A stretch of 64,000 bases of DNA, taken from NCBI GenBank assembly GCA_041666145.1, contig JBAYHK010000002.1:260-64259 (forward strand), given 5' to 3'. Position 1 is the first letter of the stretch. The number at the start of each line of letters is the position of its first letter. The notes below the pieces were generated by a model. The model was not told where the DNA came from. It ran no database searches and saw only the letters and a program-made list of their open reading frames with translations. The stretch comes from Patescibacteria group bacterium. Lineage in GTDB: Bacteria; Patescibacteriota; Patescibacteriia; UBA9934. A program made the position numbers and the translations under genes. Shown here in pieces: positions 9,966-18,798 of this stretch.

Positions 9966-10685
9966 TTGTTCGGAAGTGCAGATTTTCAAAGATACAACCC
10001 AGAAAATACGAGGGACGACATGGCCACAAAAACCGCTTCGGATCTCAAGAGAGACTTAGGTCAAGCCAGGCGGGAAGTCAAACTTCTTAATGCCTTGCTC
10101 AAAGCTCGTGACGAAGAAGTTGAAAGGCTTAAGGAAGAAACTAGAAAACGCGAAGAGGAGGTCCAAAAACTCATAGAACTCGCCTACGTCGATGTATTGA
10201 CCGGTCTGCCGCGTCGCGAGCCCGCGTTCGACCATCTGCGACGAGAATTACGAGATTCGTTTACAGCAAAGAATCCGAGATCAGAAGGCGCCACGATCGG
10301 AATCCTTTATATGGACCTAGTTGGATTCAAAAGAGTAAACGATGAAATAGGACACGATGCTGGAGACAACGTGTTGAGATGTGTTGGCCAAATCCTCCGC
10401 ACAATGATCCGTCCAAAGGACTTCGCGGCGCGATGGGGTGGTGACGAATTCTTGATCATGTTCCCAGGTGCAAGGGCGGAAATCCTCCAAATGATCGCCG
10501 AACGCATCTTCGCCAGAATCCTGCTCATCGAAAACAGTGTGAGCGTCCGGATCGGCGGAATCGTCTACAAAGGAAGATCAGGAATCACGGCGGAGCTGCT
10601 TATTGCAGCGGCGGACAGAAAGGAACGCCAGCTACATTCCGATGGCAAAACTGGAATCCTGATCGAGGAGTATCAGGAGCCGTGA
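9966..10685 (+). CDS. GGDEF-domain protein (diguanylate cyclase) with an N-terminal coiled coil
   Basis: YVDVLTGLPRR, then LYMDLVGFKRVNDEIGHDAGDNVL, then RWGGDEFLIMFPG. The GGDEF motif and flanking blocks are intact. The true start may be MATKTAS, about 18 codons in. Confidence 0.8.
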   Translation: MFGSADFQRYNPENTRDDMATKTASDLKRDLGQARREVKLLNALLKARDEEVERLKEETRKREEEVQKLIELAYVDVLTGLPRREPAFDHLRRELRDSFTAKNPRSEGATIGILYMDLVGFKRVNDEIGHDAGDNVLRCVGQILRTMIRPKDFAARWGGDEFLIMFPGARAEILQMIAERIFARILLIENSVSVRIGGIVYKGRSGITAELLIAAADRKERQLHSDGKTGILIEEYQEP

Positions 10686-10745
10686 CCAACAACACACGAT
10701 CCCGCGGCGGCCAACTGGCAGCTGCGGGATTTGCCTTTAACCAAC

Positions 10746-10785
10746 GTTTCGTCTTTGACGAAACAGCACTTTTCTGATTTTCTCC
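10746..10785 (+). terminator. Putative intrinsic terminator after the GGDEF gene
   Basis: Perfect 8-bp stem (gtttcgtc ttt gacgaaac) followed by a U-rich tract (agcacttttctgattttct). Confidence 0.4.
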
Positions 10786-10874
10786 TCTGTTGCAAGGAGA
10801 TTCCTTCTCATTGCACCACACCCACCGGCTCTTGAAAGAGCCACTCAACTCCCCCCCCGAAGAACGGAGCCGCA

Positions 10875-11513
10875 ATGGCATCCAAGCAGAAATCAAGAAA
10901 AAAGCTGTCAGTTGAAGAAAAACTCACGGCTGCCGCAGAAAGGAAGAATAAACGTCTCATGGCAAAGAGCCATGTTGTGAGAGACGTATCCCTATTCCCG
11001 ATGACAGAAGTCCGCAATCGCGCGGACTTCGTGTGGCTCGCCGGCGGCCCTGTTCCTTCAGAAAATGTCTTCAGTTGCCCAGAAACAGTGCCGCTCGATC
11101 AAAGAGGGGCTATCTGTCTGTTCGAAAGAAGTGAACTTCTGGATTTCGTAGGCGAACACCATTTCGTCGGAAGCGGATGGCAGATCGAAAATTGTGAGTC
11201 AGAAAGGGTCGAGGACAGACTCATCGATGCTCTGGATGAACAAAAAGCACGGGAAATTGAAGCAATCAATAAGCGAAAAGCACGGGAAGAGGAAAGAGCT
11301 CATCGGGCCTTCTACTTTCTAGTCCCAGATGGAAGTGAGCATTTTGACTTCGACGAGTCAATTGCTCAAATGGAGGAACGAGAGAGTGACGCACAACAAG
11401 CTCTTTCACCCACTCCATCATTCATCAGTCGCATAGAAAACAAAACCTCGGCACGGTTTTCAAGCAAGGCCAGAAGAAGAAGATACTGGAACAGCGCCGT
11501 CGAGGAGGCCTGA
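10875..11513 (+). CDS. Hypothetical protein (212 aa), Lys/Arg-rich at both ends
   Basis: ORF-track ORF in a segment that looks slightly GC-richer. No recognisable motifs. Confidence 0.45.
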   Translation: MASKQKSRKKLSVEEKLTAAAERKNKRLMAKSHVVRDVSLFPMTEVRNRADFVWLAGGPVPSENVFSCPETVPLDQRGAICLFERSELLDFVGEHHFVGSGWQIENCESERVEDRLIDALDEQKAREIEAINKRKAREEERAHRAFYFLVPDGSEHFDFDESIAQMEERESDAQQALSPTPSFISRIENKTSARFSSKARRRRYWNSAVEEA

Positions 11514-11666
11514 GGAGTAGAAGGAAAGAAATAGACAACGAGGGCGGATGCATACGCAGTGCATCCGCCATACCCGCAGAGGTCATGATGAAAGATCGTG
11601 GCATGTGCAGGTACAAAAAAATCCCCATTCTGATGAATGGGGATTTTTGTAAGGTCGAAGTTGTAA

Positions 11667-12014
11667 TTATTCTTCAATCTCCGCAAAGAACCAACTCATT
11701 AACGTACTCACCGCCCAGATCAAAATTCCGACCGCGAGCGCCGGAAGAAACCCGTCGACGGAAACACCCTTCACGAACGTCGTCATGAACCAGACGATTC
11801 CGCCATTAATGACGAAGGTAAACAATCCAAGAGTAACGATGTTGACCGGAAGAGTGAGGACGATGAGAATCGGACGAATGATCGCGTTCAACAGTCCAAG
11901 AATCAACGCCGCAACCAAGGCTGAATAGAAACTCGAAACGTGAAATCCTGAAATGATCTGTGTTGCTGCGAGCAATGTGACTGCATTGACGAGCCATCGA
12001 AGAAGAAGTTTCAT
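11667..12014 (-). CDS. Small 4-TM membrane protein, phage-holin-4-like (PF04020-like)
   Basis: 115 aa with four hydrophobic segments. LLNAIIRPILIVLTLPVNIVTLGLFTFVINGGIVWF resembles the PF04020 family. Assignment is from memory. Confidence 0.5.
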   Translation of the reverse strand: MKLLLRWLVNAVTLLAATQIISGFHVSSFYSALVAALILGLLNAIIRPILIVLTLPVNIVTLGLFTFVINGGIVWFMTTFVKGVSVDGFLPALAVGILIWAVSTLMSWFFAEIEE

Positions 12015-12037
12015 AAAGTTTTTAACGGAATTAATGT

Positions 12038-12265
12038 TTATATTTCGCTATCACCAGATTGGCCGTCAATAACAGCAAACTTCTTTTTTAATGTTACAAC
12101 AGTATTCTCAACATCTGCTAATTTTTCTTTGAGCATCTTTGCAAGCTCAAGTCCACGTTCGAACTTCTTCACCCCTTCATCAAGATCAACATTCTGCGTT
12201 TCAAACCATTCTGTGATTGCTTCAAGCTCCGCGAATGCCTCTGCAAATGTTTGTTTTTTTACCAT
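12038..12265 (-). CDS. xseB: Exodeoxyribonuclease VII small subunit
   Basis: 75 aa. FAEAFAELEAITEWFETQNVDLDEGVKKFERGLELAKMLKEKLADVENTV matches the XseB helical hairpin. Immediately downstream of xseA. Confidence 0.8.
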   Translation of the reverse strand: MVKKQTFAEAFAELEAITEWFETQNVDLDEGVKKFERGLELAKMLKEKLADVENTVVTLKKKFAVIDGQSGDSEI

Positions 12266-12270
12266 ACGTT

Positions 12271-13545
12271 TTACAACAATGATTCTTGTCTGGCATTCCC
12301 TTCTACAATCGCTGAAATGCTTCCGTCTGCCAATTGTATGGCCAAACGCTCCCCCGCCGCAACGTCACCAGAATGACGAACAATTCTCTTTCCAGACCTT
12401 ACCAATGCATACCCCCGCCGTAAAACCTCCTTTGGATCCACACTTTTCAAAACACGTTCAAGCTCTCCAATGGAACGCTGCGAGGCTTCAATGATTCGAG
12501 CAACTGCACCGTTGAATGTTTGCGTTCGCCGATCAACATGATCGATAGTTGCCACCAAGCTTAATCGGAATCGTTCAAATGCATAACCGAAACGCTGCGT
12601 TACACTTGCGATCGATTCAGTGACTCTCGCGATTGACCGATCGAGAATATTCACGGAACGATCTACTGAATGTGCACAGCGATCGAGAATGAATTGCAGC
12701 TGATCACCAACACGATCGACGTCCATTGAAATCTCCGACATGATCGACCGCGCATCTGGTACCACGCGCTCTGCAGCGTTACTCGGAGTCGATGCACGAA
12801 CATCGGCAACGAAGTCGCACAATGATTCATCTCTTTCGTGCCCCACACCGACCACAACCGGAATTTCACTTTGAAAAACTGCACGAGCAACTTCTTCACT
12901 ATTGAATGCGTGAAGGTCTTCAAGACTTCCGCCGCCACGAGTAAGAACAATAACATCTGGACGATCAGCACCCGAAAGGGCGTTCAACTGTGCAAACGCC
13001 GCAAGAATTTCTCCAACGGCATATTGCCCCTGCACATAAACAGGAACGTGCAGCACGGTTACTCCGCGCCAACGATTATTCAAAATGCGAAGAAAGTCTC
13101 CATAGGCAGCAGCTTCCGACGATGTAATTAAACCAATGCGGTTAGGAAACTGTGGAATTGATCGCTTACGCTCAATGTCAAAAAGTCCTTCGAGCTTTAG
13201 TTTTTCTTTCAACAAAAGATATGCCTTCTGCAATGCACCTTCTCCAACCAATGCGACCTCAGAAACATTAAATGTAAACTTTCCAAAACGTTCAAAGACT
13301 TTTGAATAGCCCGTAATCTGCACCCGCATTCCGTTTGCAACAGGAACAGTGAGCGCGAATGTTGTCATGAAACAAGAAATCTTCGCTTCAGCATTCTCAT
13401 CTTTCAAATCAAAGTTCACCCATTTTCCTTGACTGACTTTGTAGTCAGCAACTTCACCTTCAATCACCATGTTCTCCGTTGGAATCGTTCGAAGCGCATG
13501 GTTCGCGAGATTAAGATAATCAGAAACAGAAATAACGGCGCGCAT
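12271..13545 (-). CDS. xseA: Exodeoxyribonuclease VII large subunit
   Basis: N-terminal OB fold (ISVSDYLNLANHALR, VIEGEVADYKVSQGKWVNFDLKD) and catalytic core (IGLITSSEAAAYGDFLRIL, VIVLTRGGGSLEDLHAFN, VVVGVGHERDESLCDFVADVRASTPSNAAE) are canonical XseA. Confidence 0.9.
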   Translation of the reverse strand: MRAVISVSDYLNLANHALRTIPTENMVIEGEVADYKVSQGKWVNFDLKDENAEAKISCFMTTFALTVPVANGMRVQITGYSKVFERFGKFTFNVSEVALVGEGALQKAYLLLKEKLKLEGLFDIERKRSIPQFPNRIGLITSSEAAAYGDFLRILNNRWRGVTVLHVPVYVQGQYAVGEILAAFAQLNALSGADRPDVIVLTRGGGSLEDLHAFNSEEVARAVFQSEIPVVVGVGHERDESLCDFVADVRASTPSNAAERVVPDARSIMSEISMDVDRVGDQLQFILDRCAHSVDRSVNILDRSIARVTESIASVTQRFGYAFERFRLSLVATIDHVDRRTQTFNGAVARIIEASQRSIGELERVLKSVDPKEVLRRGYALVRSGKRIVRHSGDVAAGERLAIQLADGSISAIVEGNARQESLL

Positions 13546-13546
13546 A

Positions 13547-14365
13547 TTATTTCAGCTCAACAATAACAACTCGGTTCTCAAGCATTGCACTCATCACAAT
13601 CTCCTGCGTGTACACATATTTCTCACCACGGCGCGTTCCTGGATCATTCACAAAAAAGTTCTTACTGTCATATCCTCGAAGCACAATCCAGTGTTGCGGC
13701 AATCCTTCAGCAATGAAAAAAGGATTCTGCAACACATCACCATTCGTTGGCACGAGCACTGGCGTTCCTTGATACAGATATGTCTTGATTTCCTCAATCG
13801 TCGGATCCTCAATGACCGTCGCGTTTAACGACTGATCATACGACTCAATGAACGAAGCGAATTCGATGGACGAAAATTGTGGCGGCAGGCCACGCTCTTT
13901 CTCACTCGCAATAATCGCGTCGACGAAGTCAATCGGCGCCGACGGAACGAGGAACTCATGAACCATAAACAATGACGCTTCTTCACTGGCGTTCGCATGT
14001 GCTTCGTCCCAAACTCCGCTCTGACACTGCACTAAAAATGGCACAGCAAGATCTACAGACTCCGGCAATTGCGGCGCAATAATATCAAGCGCAGCCTTTG
14101 CAACGTCACTGAGCAACACGTTCGATACAGCGGCTTCTTCTGTAATAGTAGTCAATTCTTGCTGATGTTCGTTCGCTATCTTTGCATTTTGATACACCAC
14201 CGACGGAACTGTTGATGTTGGCACAAGTGGCCCACCATGTACTCGCTGATAAACATATAAACCAAAACTCACCGCCAGAACAAACAAAAACAAAAATCCG
14301 TACCATGGTTTCCACGAAGTCTTTTCACCGTCAAATGGATTTGAAAGGAGAGATTTTAAAATCAT
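13547..14365 (-). CDS. Membrane-anchored secreted protein, possibly with a C39-like (papain-fold) peptidase domain
   Basis: N-terminal TM (WYGFLFLFVLAVSFGLYVY). CQSGVWDEAH and downstream His/Asn positions are weakly reminiscent of Peptidase_C39_2. The start was chosen at the ATGA overlap (14365-14362) with the stop of the upstream nuclease gene. The fold assignment is tentative. Confidence 0.35.
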   Translation of the reverse strand: MILKSLLSNPFDGEKTSWKPWYGFLFLFVLAVSFGLYVYQRVHGGPLVPTSTVPSVVYQNAKIANEHQQELTTITEEAAVSNVLLSDVAKAALDIIAPQLPESVDLAVPFLVQCQSGVWDEAHANASEEASLFMVHEFLVPSAPIDFVDAIIASEKERGLPPQFSSIEFASFIESYDQSLNATVIEDPTIEEIKTYLYQGTPVLVPTNGDVLQNPFFIAEGLPQHWIVLRGYDSKNFFVNDPGTRRGEKYVYTQEIVMSAMLENRVVIVELK

Positions 14366-15750
14366 ACGGCGTGCTTTCGTGCCCATTCCGCAACAACCCA
14401 CGTTGCCCGAACATCGTCTTCGTTGTAACGCAAAACGTCATCAAGCAATTCCCTATTTCCCGTAGTCAACCATTCTTCATACCACAACACAGAATTCAAA
14501 CCAGAAGCATCGTCATGACGCCAACGGAATCCAAGAAACTGCGCAATGTCTTTAAGCGAATAAAATGACAAAGGGAAAATGATCGCCTCACGCAGTCGCT
14601 CTAAAACGTCCACCGATCGTTCTGCAAGATCATCGATGAATCCTTCTGGAGCGCCATAACGTTCCGCCATTAATCGGAAAACATCCTGCTCATACCAACC
14701 GTAATGATAAAGCGGCAATCCTGGACGTGATTGCATGAATGCAACAAACCCCTCCCACGCAGACCGCTCTTCTTCTTGCTTCTCTGCGAGAAAAGTATGG
14801 AACTCGCTTTGAGCGCCATGAATATCAAGCACGCCGAAAAGATAGTGCAAGTCACGAAGCGGGTCTGCTTCAATGTCAACAATAAGTGCGTCTCCTACTT
14901 CTGGAAGATCAACGTGTCCAAGAATTGTTGGAACACCAGAAGTCAGTGCCTTCGCGCCAAGAATAAGAAAGTGCAGACGCTCTTGCGTAACTCCATGAAC
15001 ATGACGCGTGAGTAAATCTGGGTTCTGTGCAGCAAGTTGTGCAACTGTAGTAATACTCGCGTTTTCAAGCGCTGTAACTTCACTGCGCCATATGCGATTC
15101 AATCGGGAAAGATGGTCTGCAGAAATCGTTTCGTGTTTACATTCATTGAACCATGGCGACTGTTTACAATCCGACGTTAAAAAATGTGGCTCTATGACGC
15201 CTTCAAGAATGCGTTCGATTCCGTCGAGTGACAGCCGAAACTTTGTTTCATATTCATTGAGTACATAAGACTCAACTGCACCGTCTGGTCGCATAACGTA
15301 ACCTTGCTCTGGCTTGCGACCCTGTAATAAACGAAGAACCTCTGCGTAAAACGCACCCTGAACACAATATTCATCCTTTAAATGTCTGGAACGCTTAATG
15401 TCACAAGCAACGTAATAATAGTCGCCAAACGTTGACTTGCCATCAATGCGCTCAAAAAGATCTGGCGTCGCAACCCAGTGACCATGGATAAGTGTTCCGC
15501 TGTAAATCGATGAAACGCCTTCCTTCATGAGTTCTAATGTTTTTGCAAAAGCATCGTCATCATTTTCCGCAACAACTTCAACAGACTTTCGATTCACCAA
15601 AATCAAACGCTCCTGCTCTTGAAGCAGCTCGTCATCTTGCACGCGCAACCGAAGAGGATTCTCTCTGAATTCTCCACGCGACTCATGCGCAATCCAAGAA
15701 GGACACTTTAAATACTTATAAAAGCTATGTTTTGTAATGCGCTTTTTCAT
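14362..15750 (-). CDS. RecB-family PD-(D/E)xK nuclease fused to an RNase H-like 3'-5' exonuclease-like domain (TM0106-like)
   Basis: N-terminal half has Cys ligands (KCP, CKQSPWFNEC) and YYYVACDIK (D-x-K of PD-(D/E)xK). The C-terminal half has ALIVDIEADPLRDLHYLFGV plus YHYGWYE and YNEDDVRA, the DEDD/RNaseH-like carboxylates. The architecture matches the TM0106 family. Confidence 0.5.
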   Translation of the reverse strand: MKKRITKHSFYKYLKCPSWIAHESRGEFRENPLRLRVQDDELLQEQERLILVNRKSVEVVAENDDDAFAKTLELMKEGVSSIYSGTLIHGHWVATPDLFERIDGKSTFGDYYYVACDIKRSRHLKDEYCVQGAFYAEVLRLLQGRKPEQGYVMRPDGAVESYVLNEYETKFRLSLDGIERILEGVIEPHFLTSDCKQSPWFNECKHETISADHLSRLNRIWRSEVTALENASITTVAQLAAQNPDLLTRHVHGVTQERLHFLILGAKALTSGVPTILGHVDLPEVGDALIVDIEADPLRDLHYLFGVLDIHGAQSEFHTFLAEKQEEERSAWEGFVAFMQSRPGLPLYHYGWYEQDVFRLMAERYGAPEGFIDDLAERSVDVLERLREAIIFPLSFYSLKDIAQFLGFRWRHDDASGLNSVLWYEEWLTTGNRELLDDVLRYNEDDVRATWVVAEWARKHAV

Positions 15751-15771
15751 GAAAGGTAGTGTAGGGAAAAA

Positions 15772-16002
15772 TTATAACTTTGCATATCGCTTCGCTGACT
15801 CTTTAAACGTAAAGAGCTTTTCAATCGGACAGTGAAAATATTCAGCGATAGCAAAGGCAACACGGAATGTTGGTTGAGACTTTCCAGACTCTAAAGCACT
15901 AAGTGATTGACGAGAAATGCCAAGGATTTCAGCGAGTTGGTTTTGAGATAAACCTGAAGTGAGCCGGATTCCTTTGAGGTAAGAAATGAAAATTTTAGTC
16001 AT
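15772..16002 (-). CDS. XRE-family helix-turn-helix transcriptional regulator (76 aa)
   Basis: LSQNQLAEILGISRQSLSALESGKSQPTFRVAFAIAEYF is a classic Cro/C1-type HTH. Confidence 0.8.
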   Translation of the reverse strand: MTKIFISYLKGIRLTSGLSQNQLAEILGISRQSLSALESGKSQPTFRVAFAIAEYFHCPIEKLFTFKESAKRYAKL

Positions 16003-16021
16003 AACGGGCGAAGGGGTATGT

Positions 16022-16133
16022 CTTTTTTATCATTTCCACGATGTAAAGTCGACTTTACATCGGATCATCAAAAACCCTAGCATTTTCATGAATCGTATGT
16101 AAAGTCGACTTTACATGGCGAGATCGAGAAAAA
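16022..16133. repeat. Composite palindromic repeat element, copy A: two 20-bp perfect palindromes ATGTAAAGTCGACTTTACAT flanking a 34-bp core, with ~19-nt A-rich outward tails
   Basis: Palindromes at 16041-16060 and 16097-16116. Core gatcatcaaaaaccctagcattttcatgaatcgt. Tails cttttttatcatttccacg (left) and ggcgagatcgagaaaaa (right). Lies directly upstream of the XRE gene start (16002). A highly similar element occurs at 40783-40896. Confidence 0.7.
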
Positions 16134-16271
16134 GGCACACCGACACTCCAATGTTCAAACAGCAAATAGATTTTTAGCTCTCTCGTATTCAACGCTCACC
16201 TCGTTTCTCATTTCTTCTTTCTGTAAGGTCTTCGACTTTTGCTTTTAAATTCTCAACACGAGACATACTTA

Positions 16272-16766
16272 TTATTCTAAAGACTTTTCCCAGGAAGATA
16301 TAACGTCCAGTGCACATTGTTCAAAAGAATCTGCATAAAGCAATTTTCGAGGCTTATGAAAATGTTGATTAACATACTCAATATCAATGTCGCTCTCGTA
16401 ATGTTGTTTAGAAACTCGCTTCTTGCTGCATGCGTAAACTACGATGGGAATTTTTGCCCAATATGCTGCGACCAGACACATCAAACAAGGCTCTAAAGAT
16501 GAATACAGCGTGGCGTCGTTGAGGTTTCTCCTACCCAAAATCTTCGACGCTTTTCGAATGGCGTCGATTTCAGCGTGACTCGTTGCATCGATTTCATTTT
16601 TTCCGTTGCTAATACCTTCAGCGATTATTTCGTCATTACAAACAATCATTGCCCCAACCGGAAATCCGCCTTTAGCAACAGACATTTTTGAAATCTCGAC
16701 GGCGCGCTGGATGTATAGCTCTTGTGATGTTAACGGTTTCATATGTATTTTTTCTATTCCCGCCAT
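16272..16766 (-). CDS. CDA-fold nucleoside/tRNA adenosine deaminase (TadA-like)
   Basis: HAEIDAIRKA (H-A-E zinc/catalytic motif) and PCLMCLVAA (PCxxC). Total 164 aa. The true start may be the internal MKPLTSQELYIQRAVEIS, because the annotated ATG is embedded in palindromic repeat copy B. Confidence 0.75.
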   Translation of the reverse strand: MAGIEKIHMKPLTSQELYIQRAVEISKMSVAKGGFPVGAMIVCNDEIIAEGISNGKNEIDATSHAEIDAIRKASKILGRRNLNDATLYSSLEPCLMCLVAAYWAKIPIVVYACSKKRVSKQHYESDIDIEYVNQHFHKPRKLLYADSFEQCALDVISSWEKSLE

Positions 16767-16803
16767 GTAAAGTCGACTTTATATGGTGAGATGGCGAAAA
16801 ATG
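16765..16803. repeat. Palindromic repeat element, solo copy B (ATGTAAAGTCGACTTTATAT plus tail ggtgagatggcgaaaaatg)
   Basis: One mismatch to the 20-bp palindrome. The tail resembles the right tail of copy A. It overlaps the longest-ORF start codon of the deaminase gene. Confidence 0.6.
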
Positions 16804-16927
16804 AAGTGTGCCAACCTAATTACCCTCAAGAATTCGATTCAAGACTTCACAACATTCTTCTCTACCTCTCTTAATTCAATTCGAACTACAAATCATCACA
16901 TCGTCGAAACACAAAGGACCGCCTCTT

Positions 16928-17311
16928 CTAAATGTTCTCATCCAAAAACTTTTTCACCGCCTGTACATCTTTCTTTTCAGGATCATATCGATAAGAAGCA
17001 ATGCCGATCGATAGAGCAGCGTTAACTGCATCGATATTATTCTCTACATACAAAACATCATCCTTTGAAAAATTCTTCGCTACAAAAAGTCGCAAAAAAT
17101 ATTCGGGATCGGTTTTATCTGGTTCATGATGCAATGTAAATACTTCGTAAGGAAGAGAATCAATGCCAAACTTTTTCATCTCTTCTTCATTCGCATTTGT
17201 TACGACAATTTTTGGATTATCGAACATGTTCAACATTTGAATCATCTCTTGATTCGGTCCTTCATCTTTTATGATCAAAGTACTCACCGCATCAATAAGT
17301 AATGTTTTCAT
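16928..17311 (-). CDS. Small HAD-superfamily-like hydrolase (127 aa)
   Basis: N-terminal MKTLLIDAVSTL (degenerate DxD-like motif I) and C-terminal VENNIDAVNAA (motif IV-like). Weak assignment. Confidence 0.4.
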   Translation of the reverse strand: MKTLLIDAVSTLIIKDEGPNQEMIQMLNMFDNPKIVVTNANEEEMKKFGIDSLPYEVFTLHHEPDKTDPEYFLRLFVAKNFSKDDVLYVENNIDAVNAALSIGIASYRYDPEKKDVQAVKKFLDENI

Positions 17312-17394
17312 ATTGAGAAAAGTTTTATCTTTTTAAATTCAGGCTACAGATCCCTCCTATTATCGGAATGAAACAACCAATAATCGACGACTGT

Positions 17395-17874
17395 CTACAA
17401 AATCCCTCTCGCTTTCACGCAGTCAAAATCTTTTTGCACCTTCGAATGAAGCGGCGATGGAAGCGTGTCGAGAGTAAACCAACCAATCTCATCCATTTTT
17501 TGTGGCTCGCCAATTTTCACTTGAGATGGATTGACGAGAACGGCGAATGTAAGCATAACCCAGTGTGTTGGAGTTCCATTATTGTTACGAAGAACATTGT
17601 GTGTGCCGCAAAGCGTTAAATCTAAAACGTCGGCACAATACTCTTCCATAACTTCACGTCGCACCGCAGCTTCCCATTCTTCTCCAAATTCCAACGCTCC
17701 TCCCCCGCAATCCCATGCGCCATGTTCATCTCGTGTATTCACGCTTCGTTTATGCAAAACAACATTTCCCTTTCCGTCATGACAAACAAAAATACACCCA
17801 ACACCAATACAATCCACACCACGTTTCACCAGGGTCTCTGTTTTATCATCCGTCATACCCGTTGATGCTAACAC
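17395..17874 (-). CDS. NUDIX hydrolase
   Basis: Nudix box GGGALEFGEEWEAAVRREVMEEYC, matching GX5EX7REUXEEXGU. Confidence 0.8.
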   Translation of the reverse strand: MLASTGMTDDKTETLVKRGVDCIGVGCIFVCHDGKGNVVLHKRSVNTRDEHGAWDCGGGALEFGEEWEAAVRREVMEEYCADVLDLTLCGTHNVLRNNNGTPTHWVMLTFAVLVNPSQVKIGEPQKMDEIGWFTLDTLPSPLHSKVQKDFDCVKARGIL

Positions 17875-17876
17875 AA

Positions 17877-17902
17877 AAGCGGGGCATGGGAGCCCCGCCT
17901 AT
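17877..17902 (-). terminator. 26-nt GC hairpin repeat (copy 1) acting as intrinsic terminator for the PPIase gene
   Basis: AAGCGGGGCATGGGAGCCCCGCCTAT. On the minus strand the hairpin GCGGGGCTCCCATGCCCCGC is followed by TTTTGTGTT. It sits between the PPIase stop (17914) and the NUDIX start (17874). Confidence 0.6.
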
Positions 17903-17913
17903 TATAGATTGAA

Positions 17914-18516
17914 CTATCTCACATCTTCGACCGTCACTTTCGTCATTGCGTCACCCCTCTTTATCTGATCAACAACGTCCATACCCACAGTCACCTCACC
18001 GAAAATTGTATAGGCATGCGGCAACGGAACATTGTCGAGCATAATGAAAAACTGACTTCCGTTCGTATTTGGACCCGCATTTGCCATGGCGACAGTGCCT
18101 CGAACATATGTACGGTCATCGTTCAACTCGTCTTCAAATTTATATCCAGGACCACCAGTTCCGTTACCGTTCGGATCTCCGCCTTGAATAACAAATCCTT
18201 CTTCACGTCGATGGAATGTTAATCCGTCAAAATATCCCGCAGATGCAAGATACACAAAGTTCGAGACTGTCTTAGGAGCTGTATCACTATAAAGTTTAAA
18301 AACAATTTCACCCTTATCAGTCACAAGACGAATCTGCTTATTTTGGATTTGCTCTGCAGGCAAAACTCCAGGAAACGTCCAATGTGTTTGAGCCACAACA
18401 GGAGATATAAATGAATCTTGTGTTTCTGGTGATGTTGTACTCGAAAGCGCGGAGCTTGTACACCCCGCGCCAGTCAAAACAAACACTGCACTAAAAAGAA
18501 AAAATAATGGTTTCAC
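17914..18516 (-). CDS. ppiB: Cyclophilin-type peptidyl-prolyl cis-trans isomerase, lipoprotein
   Basis: Signal peptide with lipobox LTGAGC. HRREEGFVIQGGDP, NGTGGPGYKFEDE, FFIMLD and FGEV are canonical cyclophilin blocks. Confidence 0.85.
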   Translation of the reverse strand: MKPLFFLFSAVFVLTGAGCTSSALSSTTSPETQDSFISPVVAQTHWTFPGVLPAEQIQNKQIRLVTDKGEIVFKLYSDTAPKTVSNFVYLASAGYFDGLTFHRREEGFVIQGGDPNGNGTGGPGYKFEDELNDDRTYVRGTVAMANAGPNTNGSQFFIMLDNVPLPHAYTIFGEVTVGMDVVDQIKRGDAMTKVTVEDVR

Positions 18517-18520
18517 ACGA

Positions 18521-18787
18521 CTACTGAAGTTGAACAGTCAATGCCTGAACTTTGGCCTGCTCTGATCGCAATGCATAAACCGATGTAAAAAGCACAGCAG
18601 AAAGCGAAAAAACGAGCACGAGCATCAGAACAAGGAGTTCCATACTTCCTGCTGGAAGCGCATGACAACTCTGACACAAATTATGATGACGTGTTGGCTG
18701 AATGACTGGAACGATATGAGAAGACGATGCTGTAGAACGCGTTCGGCGTATTGGTGTTACAGATTTTATTTTTTTCTGTGTTGGCAT
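18521..18787 (-). CDS. Possible small C-terminally anchored membrane protein
   Basis: ORF with a C-terminal hydrophobic helix (LLVLMLVLVFSLSAVLFTSVYAL). Start chosen at MPTQKK. No homology recognised. May be spurious. Confidence 0.3.
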   Translation of the reverse strand: MPTQKKIKSVTPIRRTRSTASSSHIVPVIQPTRHHNLCQSCHALPAGSMELLVLMLVLVFSLSAVLFTSVYALRSEQAKVQALTVQLQ

Positions 18788-18798
18788 ATATAGAAAAA

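Noticed and set aside
16022-16133. CRISPR array, as an explanation for the repeated 20-bp palindromes
   Set aside because: There are only two repeats per locus and no unique spacers of regular length. The repeat is a perfect palindrome with a conserved, shared spacer. No cas genes are present. It is not a CRISPR array.
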